Position numbers and translations under genes: made by a program. From Pseudomonadales bacterium (GTDB taxonomy: Bacteria > Pseudomonadota > Gammaproteobacteria > Pseudomonadales > UBA7239), in the NCBI GenBank assembly GCA_046347205.1, contig JAXMGN010000001.1, positions 750,035 through 814,034 of the forward strand: 64,000 bases of DNA, given 5' to 3'. Below are positions 38,305 through 46,422 of this stretch, one piece after another. The notes under the pieces are model-generated. The model was not told the DNA's origin, made no database searches, and saw only the letters and a list, made by a program, of their open reading frames with translations. The first letter of the stretch is position 1. Each line of letters opens with the position of its first letter.

Positions 38305-39042
38305 ATGAACATTGTTATTTTTGGTGCGACATCAGCCATTGCTCAGGCTTGGGCGCGTTTGCGCGCAGCCCAGCGGGACAGTTTTTATTTGCTGGGGCGT
38401 GACAACGCAAGACTAGAAGTCGTTAAACAGGATTTATTGGCGCGCGGCGCGCAGCAGGTGTATTGCCATGTAATAGATCTTGCGCAACCACAAGATTACA
38501 ACGCCTTGACCGCGCAAATTTATGCGCAGAGCGCATCGGTAGATATTGCTCTGTTTGCGCAGGGCAGTATGCCGGAGCAGCGTGAATTGGAAAAAAATGT
38601 CGCGGCCCTGCCAGTCATGTTTACCTTGAATGCACTGAGTTATTTGCAACCAGCCAGTGTGATGGCCGAGCGCATGGCGCAAACCAAAGCTGGCAGCGTG
38701 GTGTTGATTTCCTCACCGGCGGGTGATCGCGGCAGACAGAGCAATTATTTTTACGGCGCGAGCAAGGCGGCAGTGACCGTGTTTGCCGCGGGTTTGCGCA
38801 ATCGCATGGCAAAACATGCCGTGCAAGTGCTCACCATCAAACCAGGTTTTGTGGATACGCCGATGACGGCGGGTATGGATAAATCAGGTCCGCTGTGGGC
38901 GCAGCCTGAACAAATTGCCGTGTGTATCGAAAACGGCATTCAGAAAAAGAAGAATGCGATTTATGCGCCGTGGTTTTGGCAGTACATCATGCTGATTATT
39001 CGCCACATCCCTGAATCTATTTTCAAACGCTTGTTGCTGTAG
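38305..39042 (+). CDS. short-chain dehydrogenase/reductase, DprE2-like
   Basis: It has the Rossmann motif IFGATSAIAQA and the YGASKAA catalytic motif (YxxxK). The ATG at 38305 lies 6 nt after AAGAGG. The track start at 38116 would overlap the DprE1-like gene by about 170 nt. Confidence 0.75.
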   Translation: MNIVIFGATSAIAQAWARLRAAQRDSFYLLGRDNARLEVVKQDLLARGAQQVYCHVIDLAQPQDYNALTAQIYAQSASVDIALFAQGSMPEQRELEKNVAALPVMFTLNALSYLQPASVMAERMAQTKAGSVVLISSPAGDRGRQSNYFYGASKAAVTVFAAGLRNRMAKHAVQVLTIKPGFVDTPMTAGMDKSGPLWAQPEQIAVCIENGIQKKKNAIYAPWFWQYIMLIIRHIPESIFKRLLL

Positions 39043-39062
39043 CGTTGTTTAGTTGGGAAAGT

Positions 39063-39473
39063 TTAGTTGGGTAAATCAAATTGCACGGTGGCGCTGGTTT
39101 TTACGGCGGTGTCTGAGCTGAGGGTGATGGTAGCAGTGATGCGCTGCTGATCTTTGGCAGTGATTTCGCCGCGCACAATCATGGCATCACCAGGGCAGAA
39201 AGAATCTTTCATGCGAAAAGACATGTTGCGGATATCTGCTGCCGTACCCGCCCAATCCGTGATGTATTTTGTAATCCAACCGGCTTGTGAAGGCGAGTTG
39301 AGAATAATGCCGCGCAAGCCCGCCTTGGTCGCCGCTTCGTGATCGTGATGGATAGGTTGCCAATCGCGCGTAGCGGCGGCGGCGCTGATAATTTTTTGTG
39401 CCGATAGAGTGATATGCAATTCGGGAAGGGTATCGCCAATTTGTACCGCAGCAGCCGTGAGCGCAGCCATCAT
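39063..39473 (-). CDS. MaoC-like (R)-hydratase hotdog-fold protein
   Basis: 136 aa with a hydratase-2-like motif RDWQPIHHDHEAA. It is coupled to the upstream N-terminal-type subunit. Confidence 0.75.
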   Translation of the reverse strand: MMAALTAAAVQIGDTLPELHITLSAQKIISAAAATRDWQPIHHDHEAATKAGLRGIILNSPSQAGWITKYITDWAGTAADIRNMSFRMKDSFCPGDAMIVRGEITAKDQQRITATITLSSDTAVKTSATVQFDLPN

Positions 39474-39958
39474 CAGCTCCTGTTGTAGCCAAAAAAGTTT
39501 AGCGTTTCTACGCCGGCAATTTCATCGCGCTGATTTTTATAAGTGACATCAATCACCCAATTGCGGCCTGTGCCCAATTTATTGGTTTTGATGTCGCTCA
39601 CTTCGCGCAGTGATTGCTCGGCGCGCAGGCGATCGCCGACGCGCACCGGCACACCAAATTCAAACGACAATTCCACCACCACGCCGCGCGGCAATTGCAA
39701 TAAATCTTTCACGCGAAAATGCAATTCCAGTGGGCGATTGGCGGGTTTATCGCCGCGCGCCGGTGTCCACGGATGCGGGCGGTTGTAAGCACTCAACATG
39801 CCTGGTGGCGAAATGCCTTCCTGCCAATAGCGCGGGTTGCCGTCTTCCACGGCGGAGCAAAAGTTTTCGATCAGCGCTTGCTCGACGGCAACTTCCGCCT
39901 CATCGACAACAACGACTTGGCCTATCCACGCTTGAATTTGCTGCGGCAGATCCGACAC
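39473..39958 (-). CDS. MaoC dehydratase N-terminal-like (FAS1-type) hotdog-fold protein
   Basis: 161 aa with FCSAVEDGNPRYW. Its position between an acyl-CoA dehydrogenase and a MaoC subunit suggests a heteromeric hydratase. Confidence 0.7.
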   Translation of the reverse strand: MSDLPQQIQAWIGQVVVVDEAEVAVEQALIENFCSAVEDGNPRYWQEGISPPGMLSAYNRPHPWTPARGDKPANRPLELHFRVKDLLQLPRGVVVELSFEFGVPVRVGDRLRAEQSLREVSDIKTNKLGTGRNWVIDVTYKNQRDEIAGVETLNFFGYNRS

Positions 39959-39960
39959 GC

Positions 39961-41151
39961 TTACATCACCAGCGGCAATTCAAGACCGCGGCGTGCGATG
40001 ATATTTTTTTGCACTTCTGAAGTGCCGCCGCCGATGGTGTCCAGCGCGGTAGCGCGCAGCGAATGCTCCCATTTGCCGTGGCAGGGCGCGTGCTCCACAC
40101 CTTCGTGCAGCATACTAGAAGGGCCGAGAATATCGAGTGCAGCATTGGCGAGGCGTTGACCGAGTTGTGTGCTGTACAACTTGCACATTGCGGCTTCCAC
40201 CGTAGGTACGCCACCTTTTACGGCGGCAGCGATGACGCGGCGCTGCAACATCACCGCCGTTTCTAAATCGGTGCTGAATTGCGCGACCAGTTTGCGCACT
40301 TGCGGATCATTTTTCAGCGGCTGACCGTCACGCGTTTCCTGTTTAATCATGTCGATAAAGACTTCAAACTTTTTCTGCAAAGGGCCAACGGTGTACAGCG
40401 TGAAGCGTTCGTAATCGAGTGCTTCACAAATATAAATCCAGCCTTTGTTTAACTCGCCGACTAGCGCGTCTTCCGGCACAAACACATCATCAAAAAACAC
40501 TTCATTGGTGCGGTGGTCGCCCATGGTTTTGATTTCACGCACGGTGATGCCAGCGGAATGCATCGGAATCAAAAATAGGGAAATGCCTTTATGCTTTGCT
40601 GCTTCAAAGTCGGTGCGCGCGGCCAGCCAGTACCACTCGGCAAAATGCGCCGAAGTATTGAAGATTTTTTGACCGTTGACTTTCCAACCGCCATCCACTT
40701 TTTCCGCTTTCAGTTTCAGCGAGGCGAGATCGGAACCGGCGCCCGGCTCGGAATAGCCTAGGCAGAACTCGATATCCGCATTCAAAATTTGCGGCAGAAA
40801 TTCTTGTTTCTGTTTTTCGGAGCCGTGGCGAATCAGGGTTTTGCCCACGCAGCCCACGCCTTTGCCAATCAAGGGCGCACCCACTGAAGCCAGTTCTTCG
40901 TTGACGAGGTATTCAAAAATCCCTTCTTTGGCTTGGCCGCCGTATTCCACCGGCCAGCTCATGCCGAGGAAGCGTTTGGCGGCGAGCTGTTTGTTGAAGG
41001 TGCGGCGCTCAGGGCTGTCGGCCAGCATGGAATCGGCCTCGCGATCGGGGCTCATCACTTCTTTGGCGTAGGGCTTTTTCGCTTCGTCAGCGAGGAAGCT
41101 GCGAATATTGCCGATGAATTGTTGCTGTTCGGGGCTGAATTCGAAGTCCAC
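39961..41151 (-). CDS. acyl-CoA dehydrogenase
   Basis: 396 aa with FCLGYSEPGAGSDLASL, the C-terminal GGGTSEVQKNIIAR motif and an ACAD fold pattern. Confidence 0.9.
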   Translation of the reverse strand: MDFEFSPEQQQFIGNIRSFLADEAKKPYAKEVMSPDREADSMLADSPERRTFNKQLAAKRFLGMSWPVEYGGQAKEGIFEYLVNEELASVGAPLIGKGVGCVGKTLIRHGSEKQKQEFLPQILNADIEFCLGYSEPGAGSDLASLKLKAEKVDGGWKVNGQKIFNTSAHFAEWYWLAARTDFEAAKHKGISLFLIPMHSAGITVREIKTMGDHRTNEVFFDDVFVPEDALVGELNKGWIYICEALDYERFTLYTVGPLQKKFEVFIDMIKQETRDGQPLKNDPQVRKLVAQFSTDLETAVMLQRRVIAAAVKGGVPTVEAAMCKLYSTQLGQRLANAALDILGPSSMLHEGVEHAPCHGKWEHSLRATALDTIGGGTSEVQKNIIARRGLELPLVM

Positions 41152-41230
41152 GGTGGCTCCTGAGGCGGTACGGTTGCGGGGGCGCTATTTTCCCCTGATT
41201 GCCGCAGCAGTGCCAGCGGAACGAGCACTA

Positions 41231-41260
41231 AAAGAAAACAGGCTCCGCGAGGGAGCCTGT
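41231..41260 (-). terminator. intrinsic terminator after the TRL-like lipoprotein gene
   Basis: The minus strand reads ACAGGCTCCctcgcGGAGCCTGT followed by TTTCTTTT. Confidence 0.7.
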
Positions 41261-41279
41261 TCGTAGAGCGGCGTGTGGA

Positions 41280-41597
41280 TCAGTCGCCTTTAACGATTAC
41301 GCAAGTTTTACCGAAGAAGGGATAGAAGCCCTGTGTGTGGAAATCAACGGTGGAGACTTTGCTGATGCCGCCATTGGCTTTGGCTGCGGCGATAGAGGCA
41401 TCGCCACTGTTGACCAAGCCGATAATAGTAGAAGCGCAAGCTGTGCCGGTTTTGCTGGTGCCGCTGTATTCGGTCGCTGTAATAGGACCTTTAACGTTGG
41501 TGATTAAGCCCGTGCTGACAGGGGTGTAACCCGCGGCACAGCCACCCAGCAGGGCGACAGAAGACAGGGCTGCGATCGTTGCAATTTTCTTCATCAT
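41280..41597 (-). CDS. TRL-like family lipoprotein
   Basis: 105 aa with lipobox ALLGG/CAA. The pattern G.A........GDASI.AA...GGI.K...VD.......F....T.V.G fits the TRL-like family as I recall it. Confidence 0.6.
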   Translation of the reverse strand: MMKKIATIAALSSVALLGGCAAGYTPVSTGLITNVKGPITATEYSGTSKTGTACASTIIGLVNSGDASIAAAKANGGISKVSTVDFHTQGFYPFFGKTCVIVKGD

Positions 41598-41778
41598 GAG
41601 AGATTTCCTTTTGTCAGGTTGAGATGTCTTATTGCTTGTCTACCGATCTCGGTGACGGTTCCAGTAGACCACGCGAACCCAAGATTGCCAAGCACCATTT
41701 TCTCCATAGTGCTCTTTCAGTAAGATGGCGCAGCACAATCTACGCCCCTCTTGATTCAGATCACCCCAAGGAATTCCT

Positions 41779-43080
41779 ATGCCCGCCAGCAAAAAATCTG
41801 CCGCCTTATCGACGACTAAAAAAAATGCGTTCTATGCGCAATCGGGCGGTGTGACAGCGGTGATTAACGCCTCTGCCGCAGGTGTAATCGAAACCTGTCG
41901 CGCGCACAGCGACAAAATCGGCAAAGTGTATGCCGGAGCCAACGGCATCATCGGTGCGCTGCGCGAGGAGTTGATCGACACCAGCAAAGAGAGTGCGGCA
42001 ACGATTCACGCACTGAAACACACGCCGTCGGGCGCCTTCGGCTCCTGCCGTTACAAATTGAAAGGTTTCGATCAACACCGCGCGGAATACGAGCGTTTGA
42101 TTGAAGTGTTCCGTGCGCACAACATCGGCTATTTTTTCTACAACGGCGGCGGCGATTCTGCGGATACTTGCTTAAAAATTTCGCAGTTGTCCGAGACTAT
42201 GGGCTATCCGCTGCAAGCGATTCATGTGCCGAAAACCGTAGACAACGATTTGCCAATTACCGACAACAGCCCCGGTTTTGGTTCCGTCGCAAAATATGTG
42301 GCGGTATCCACCAAAGAAGCGGCGCTGGATGTGGCTTCCATGTGTGAAACCTCCACCAAAGTTTTTATTTTGGAAGTGATGGGTAGACACGCGGGTTGGA
42401 TAGCTGCTGCCGGCGGTTTGGCGGCAGAGCAAGAGGGCGATGCGCCGCATATTGTTTTGTTTCCAGAAATTGCTTTTGATAAAGCCAAATTTTTGAAGCG
42501 CGTAAAAGACACCGTGCAGAAAAATGGTTACTGCGTAGTGGTAGCCAGCGAAGGCGCGCAGTACAAAGACGGCACTTTTCTCGCCGATGCCGGCTCGGTG
42601 GATGCCTTCGGTCACAAACAATTAGGCGGCGTGGCACCGACACTGGCGCAAATGGTAAAAGAGGAATTGGGTTACAAATACCACTGGGCGCTGGCCGATT
42701 ATTTGCAGCGCGCAGCGCGTCACATCGCCTCAAAAACTGATGTCGAGCAAGCCTACGCCGTAGGCAAAGCGGCAGTGGAAATGGCGCTGAAAGGAAAAAA
42801 TGCGGTGATGCCAGCCATCACGCGCGGCACGGGCAAAAAATACAGTTGGACGATCACCGAAGCGCCACTGGCTAAAGTGGCCAATGTGGAGAAAAAAATG
42901 CCGCGCGCCTTTATCAGCAAAGATGGTTTTTCTATTACACAAGCCTGCCGCGATTATTTGGAGCCGTTAATACAGGGCGAAGATTATCCACCGTATAAAA
43001 ACGGCATACCGCAATACGCACGCTTGAAAAAAGTGATGGTGGCGAAGAAATTGAAAGCGGATTTCAAGGTGAGCAAATAA
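41779..43080 (+). CDS. 6-phosphofructokinase family protein (probably PPi-dependent type)
   Basis: SGGVTAVINAS, NGGGDSA, PKTVDNDL and EVMGRHAGW are PFK-A family blocks. Lys in PKTVDND occupies the position where ATP-dependent enzymes have Gly. Confidence 0.8.
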   Translation: MPASKKSAALSTTKKNAFYAQSGGVTAVINASAAGVIETCRAHSDKIGKVYAGANGIIGALREELIDTSKESAATIHALKHTPSGAFGSCRYKLKGFDQHRAEYERLIEVFRAHNIGYFFYNGGGDSADTCLKISQLSETMGYPLQAIHVPKTVDNDLPITDNSPGFGSVAKYVAVSTKEAALDVASMCETSTKVFILEVMGRHAGWIAAAGGLAAEQEGDAPHIVLFPEIAFDKAKFLKRVKDTVQKNGYCVVVASEGAQYKDGTFLADAGSVDAFGHKQLGGVAPTLAQMVKEELGYKYHWALADYLQRAARHIASKTDVEQAYAVGKAAVEMALKGKNAVMPAITRGTGKKYSWTITEAPLAKVANVEKKMPRAFISKDGFSITQACRDYLEPLIQGEDYPPYKNGIPQYARLKKVMVAKKLKADFKVSK

Positions 43081-43084
43081 ACTG

Positions 43085-43363
43085 ATGGCCGTGATAAAAA
43101 TCAGCCATGCACACGGCTTGCCTGAACGTGAAACGCGGGCAGTGTTGGAAGTGCTGGTGACAAAATTGCAGGATGAATACCAAATCAGCAGCGTGTGGCA
43201 GGGCAGTCATATCGAGTTTCATCGCAGCGGGGCTAGCGGTACCGTGGTCATGCATCCCCACAAGGTAGATATCGAAATCAAACTGGGCATGATGTTGTCA
43301 ATGTTTGAAAAGAAAATTCGCAGCGCGATTGCCGAGTTCTGCACAGAAAATCTGCCGCACTGA
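43085..43363 (+). CDS. polyhydroxyalkanoic acid system family protein (small, putative)
   Basis: 92 aa. The pattern I.I...HGL...E.R......L....Y.....W.G....F.RSGASG.V fits the TIGR02610-type family from memory. Confidence 0.55.
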   Translation: MAVIKISHAHGLPERETRAVLEVLVTKLQDEYQISSVWQGSHIEFHRSGASGTVVMHPHKVDIEIKLGMMLSMFEKKIRSAIAEFCTENLPH

Positions 43364-43452
43364 CATCACTTTGCTGACTTATTGACAATAATTTCACACG
43401 GGCTTTGTTGAAATGCCGCGCCGTCATTTCAACCCTTTCAGGAAAGTTTCCC

Positions 43453-44331
43453 GTGCCAATTCCCGCTGTGCTGCGCCAAAAAAATAGCCGTATTGTTTTA
43501 GGGGTGTTGGCTGCCGCTTTGCTACTGACGTATGGTGTTCTCGCTTGGTTGCGCTTTGCACCGGTGAAAGCAGCAGAAGGTTGGCAGTACAGCGAAGTGC
43601 AGAGCAATTTGGATCGTGTGGTTTCGCTGGCGCGGTTACCTGACAACAGTATTGTCGCCACTCTCTCTGCAAAGCAGCATCCGGGCGATACGGGGCGCGG
43701 GCAGTTAGTCAAATTGGATATAGCTGCCGGCAAATACACCGTGCTGGCAGATGGTCTGTATAAACCGGATGGTTTATTGCCGTATCAGGGCGGCATTATT
43801 TTGACACAAGAGTACTCAGATCAGCCGGTGTTGTGGTGGAAAGATGGCAAGGTGCAACCGCTGATGCTGTTGGCCAAGCCGGAATCTATTGCTGAAACCG
43901 CCGATGGAAAATGGCTGACGATAGAAGACTCGACCAACGGTCGCCTACTGGAAATTGACCCACACAATAACTACAGCGAAAAAGTATTAGCAGGGGGTTT
44001 TGCTGCGGGTGAAGGTGTGTGCGTGGATAAAAATCAACGCATTTTTATTGTAGACAACAAGAATCCTAATTTAATGGAATATCGCGATGGAAACATCGTG
44101 CAAATTCCCGCCAAGATGAGAGGGGCTGGATTTCTGCGCTGTACTGACAAAGGCATTTGGATTACAGAAGATGTGACCAACGATGGTCATTTGTGGTTTT
44201 ATGATTACAAAACTTTTCAGGTTGTTGCTTCACATTTGCATGCGCCACAGTCTGTACTAGAAGATGGGGATAATGCCATTTTTGTGGCTGAACAAGGACG
44301 ATCACGATTGTTGCGTTTTGTGCGACAGTAA
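43453..44331 (+). CDS. membrane-anchored beta-propeller-like protein (SMP-30/NHL-like), hypothetical
   Basis: It has one N-terminal TM helix (IVLGVLAAALLLTYGVLAWL). Repeated short strand motifs follow (..DG.L....GG.I.T., .IFIVDN., IWITED, IFVAEQG). The GTG at 43453 lies 7 nt after AGGAAA, and its stop overlaps the next start (TAATG). Confidence 0.5.
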   Translation: MPIPAVLRQKNSRIVLGVLAAALLLTYGVLAWLRFAPVKAAEGWQYSEVQSNLDRVVSLARLPDNSIVATLSAKQHPGDTGRGQLVKLDIAAGKYTVLADGLYKPDGLLPYQGGIILTQEYSDQPVLWWKDGKVQPLMLLAKPESIAETADGKWLTIEDSTNGRLLEIDPHNNYSEKVLAGGFAAGEGVCVDKNQRIFIVDNKNPNLMEYRDGNIVQIPAKMRGAGFLRCTDKGIWITEDVTNDGHLWFYDYKTFQVVASHLHAPQSVLEDGDNAIFVAEQGRSRLLRFVRQ

Positions 44332-46409
44332 TGACTTTATCAGGACAAACTATGACTACTGAACCCGCTTTGGCGCGCACATATCGACAAACCGTTTTAG
44401 GCCATGCCAGTTTTATGCTGTTGGCAATGCTGTCTCTAATGGTGCTATTTTCTGTGGCGCGTTTGGTTTTGTATTGGCATAACGCGGAGCTTGCCAATAC
44501 ATTATCACGCGACGCTGTATTCGTCAGTTTTGCTATCGGCTTGCGTTTTGACTTGATGGTGGTCTGTGCATTCTGTGTTCCATTATTGCTGGGTTTTTTA
44601 TTTCCTGCGTCAGTGGTTTTGCGAAAAATCTTGATTGTTTGGTTGTCTATTGCGTCATCAGTATCTATTTTCTTTTGTATCACTGAATTGGATTTTTACC
44701 GTGAGTTTCACCAGCGGCTTAACAGTTTAGTCTTTGAATATATTCGCCAAGACCCCAAAACCGTGATTAGCATGCTGTGGAATGGCTTTCCGCTGTTTCG
44801 TTATTTGTTGCTGTGGTTGCTGTGTTCATGGCTGATGTATTGCCTGTATGGAATATTGGATCGTTTGGCTTGTGCGATAGAGCAACGGTTTTTTGTCGCG
44901 CGCAAAGCAACGTCGATGGTGTGGCGTGTGATTAGCTGCGTATTGGTTTTTTTGCTACTGGTGCTGGGCGCGCGCGGCACTTTGCGCCAAGGACCTCCAC
45001 TGCGCTGGGGAGATGCTTTTCACGGGCAAAATTTGTTTGCCAATCATCTCGGACTCAATGGGATTTTTACTCTTTATAAGGCAACACGCACAGGCAATGG
45101 CAAGACCAATAAAAATTTCTGGCTGAATGCGATGCCTTTGGAGAAAGCAACGGCCATTACGCAGAACCTCTTGTTCACATCACAGGATAAGCCATCAACG
45201 GATAAGAACCTATCATTACTGCGCACACACCAAGGCGACACAAGTGTCGCGCAACGCTATGAGAAAAAGCCCAATGTCGTTGTTATTTTGATGGAAAGTT
45301 TCTCGGGTGTGTACACAGGCGCATTAGGCGATCCGTTAGGCATCACGCCATCTTTTGATCACCTTGCGCAACAAGGTCTGTTGTTCACGCGCTTTTTCTC
45401 CAATGGTACGCATACCCACCAAGGTATGTTTGCCACCTTTGCCTGCTTCCCCAATCTCCCTGGCTATGAATATTTAATGCAGGAACCGGAAGGAACGCAC
45501 AAATTCTCCGGTTTGCCTCTGCTGTTGCATCGCGAGGGCTATCAAAACATTTATGTATACAACGGCTCATTTTCTTGGGACAACCAAGAGGGATTTTTTA
45601 GAAACCAGGACGTTACTAAATTTGTTGGGCGCGATGATTTTGTGAATCCGGTGTTTATCAACCCAACGTGGGGCGTGTCGGATCAAGACATGTTTGATCG
45701 CTCGGTTGTTGAGTTAAATAAATTATCTAGTGATAGCGATAAACCGTTTTTTGCCATGCTGCAAACACTGTCTAACCACACGCCGTATGCCATGCCGAGC
45801 CCACTGCCGGTGCAGTCTGTGACAGATCAGGGTTTGTTAAACGAACATCTCACTGCAATGCGTTATGCCGATTGGGCGCTGGGTCAATTTTTTGCAAAAG
45901 TAGAAAAAGAGCCTTGGTACAACAATACGATTTTTGTGTTGGTGGGAGATCACGGTTTCGGCACAAACAATCAAGTTACGGATATCGATCTGCTGCGCTT
46001 TCGTGTACCACTGTTAATTATTGGTCCAAAAGTGCGCGAAATTTACGGCGCAACCACTGATCGTGTAGCTACGCAAAATGATATTGCGCCGACAATCATG
46101 GGTTTGCTGGGCGATTCATTTACGCACCAGTGCTGGGGGCGCGACGTGTTGTCGGTGAAAGATGCGGGCTTTGCGTTAATCAAACCATCGGGCAATGATG
46201 AAATTGTCGGTTTCTTGCGCGATGACCGCATTGTGGTGAAGCGTCCGAATGCGCCAGCGACGTTATACCGTTATGACGCTGCACAAAATGCGCATGCCGA
46301 ACCAATAAATGATCCGGCAGAAACGGCGCAAATGGCGACCACGTTGTCTGCGTTTGTTGAGCGTGCCACGCGCAGCCTGCTTGACAATACCGCAGGCGCG
46401 GGGCAGTAG
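44331..46409 (+). CDS. LTA-synthase/sulfatase-family membrane phosphotransferase
   Basis: The N-terminal region is polytopic. The periplasmic alkaline-phosphatase-superfamily domain has NVVVILMESFSG, FSNGTHTHQG and VLVGDHG. Confidence 0.75.
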   Translation: MTLSGQTMTTEPALARTYRQTVLGHASFMLLAMLSLMVLFSVARLVLYWHNAELANTLSRDAVFVSFAIGLRFDLMVVCAFCVPLLLGFLFPASVVLRKILIVWLSIASSVSIFFCITELDFYREFHQRLNSLVFEYIRQDPKTVISMLWNGFPLFRYLLLWLLCSWLMYCLYGILDRLACAIEQRFFVARKATSMVWRVISCVLVFLLLVLGARGTLRQGPPLRWGDAFHGQNLFANHLGLNGIFTLYKATRTGNGKTNKNFWLNAMPLEKATAITQNLLFTSQDKPSTDKNLSLLRTHQGDTSVAQRYEKKPNVVVILMESFSGVYTGALGDPLGITPSFDHLAQQGLLFTRFFSNGTHTHQGMFATFACFPNLPGYEYLMQEPEGTHKFSGLPLLLHREGYQNIYVYNGSFSWDNQEGFFRNQDVTKFVGRDDFVNPVFINPTWGVSDQDMFDRSVVELNKLSSDSDKPFFAMLQTLSNHTPYAMPSPLPVQSVTDQGLLNEHLTAMRYADWALGQFFAKVEKEPWYNNTIFVLVGDHGFGTNNQVTDIDLLRFRVPLLIIGPKVREIYGATTDRVATQNDIAPTIMGLLGDSFTHQCWGRDVLSVKDAGFALIKPSGNDEIVGFLRDDRIVVKRPNAPATLYRYDAAQNAHAEPINDPAETAQMATTLSAFVERATRSLLDNTAGAGQ

Positions 46410-46422
46410 GTTTTAAGCGAGG

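Noticed and set aside
39047-39071. A direct repeat GTTTAGTTGGG(a/t)AA occurring twice with 14-nt period in the convergent gap after the SDR gene
   Set aside because: It has only two short copies, and the second overlaps the last codons of the MaoC-like gene. No hairpin, spacer structure or further copies occur in the window. It is probably a chance or slippage duplication.
43407-43433. A hairpin GTTGAAATG...CATTTCAAC after the PHA-system-family gene, considered as a terminator
   Set aside because: The stem is AT-rich and is followed by only a weak T-tract (CCTTTCA). It also lies just upstream of the next gene's RBS. Evidence is insufficient for a terminator call.
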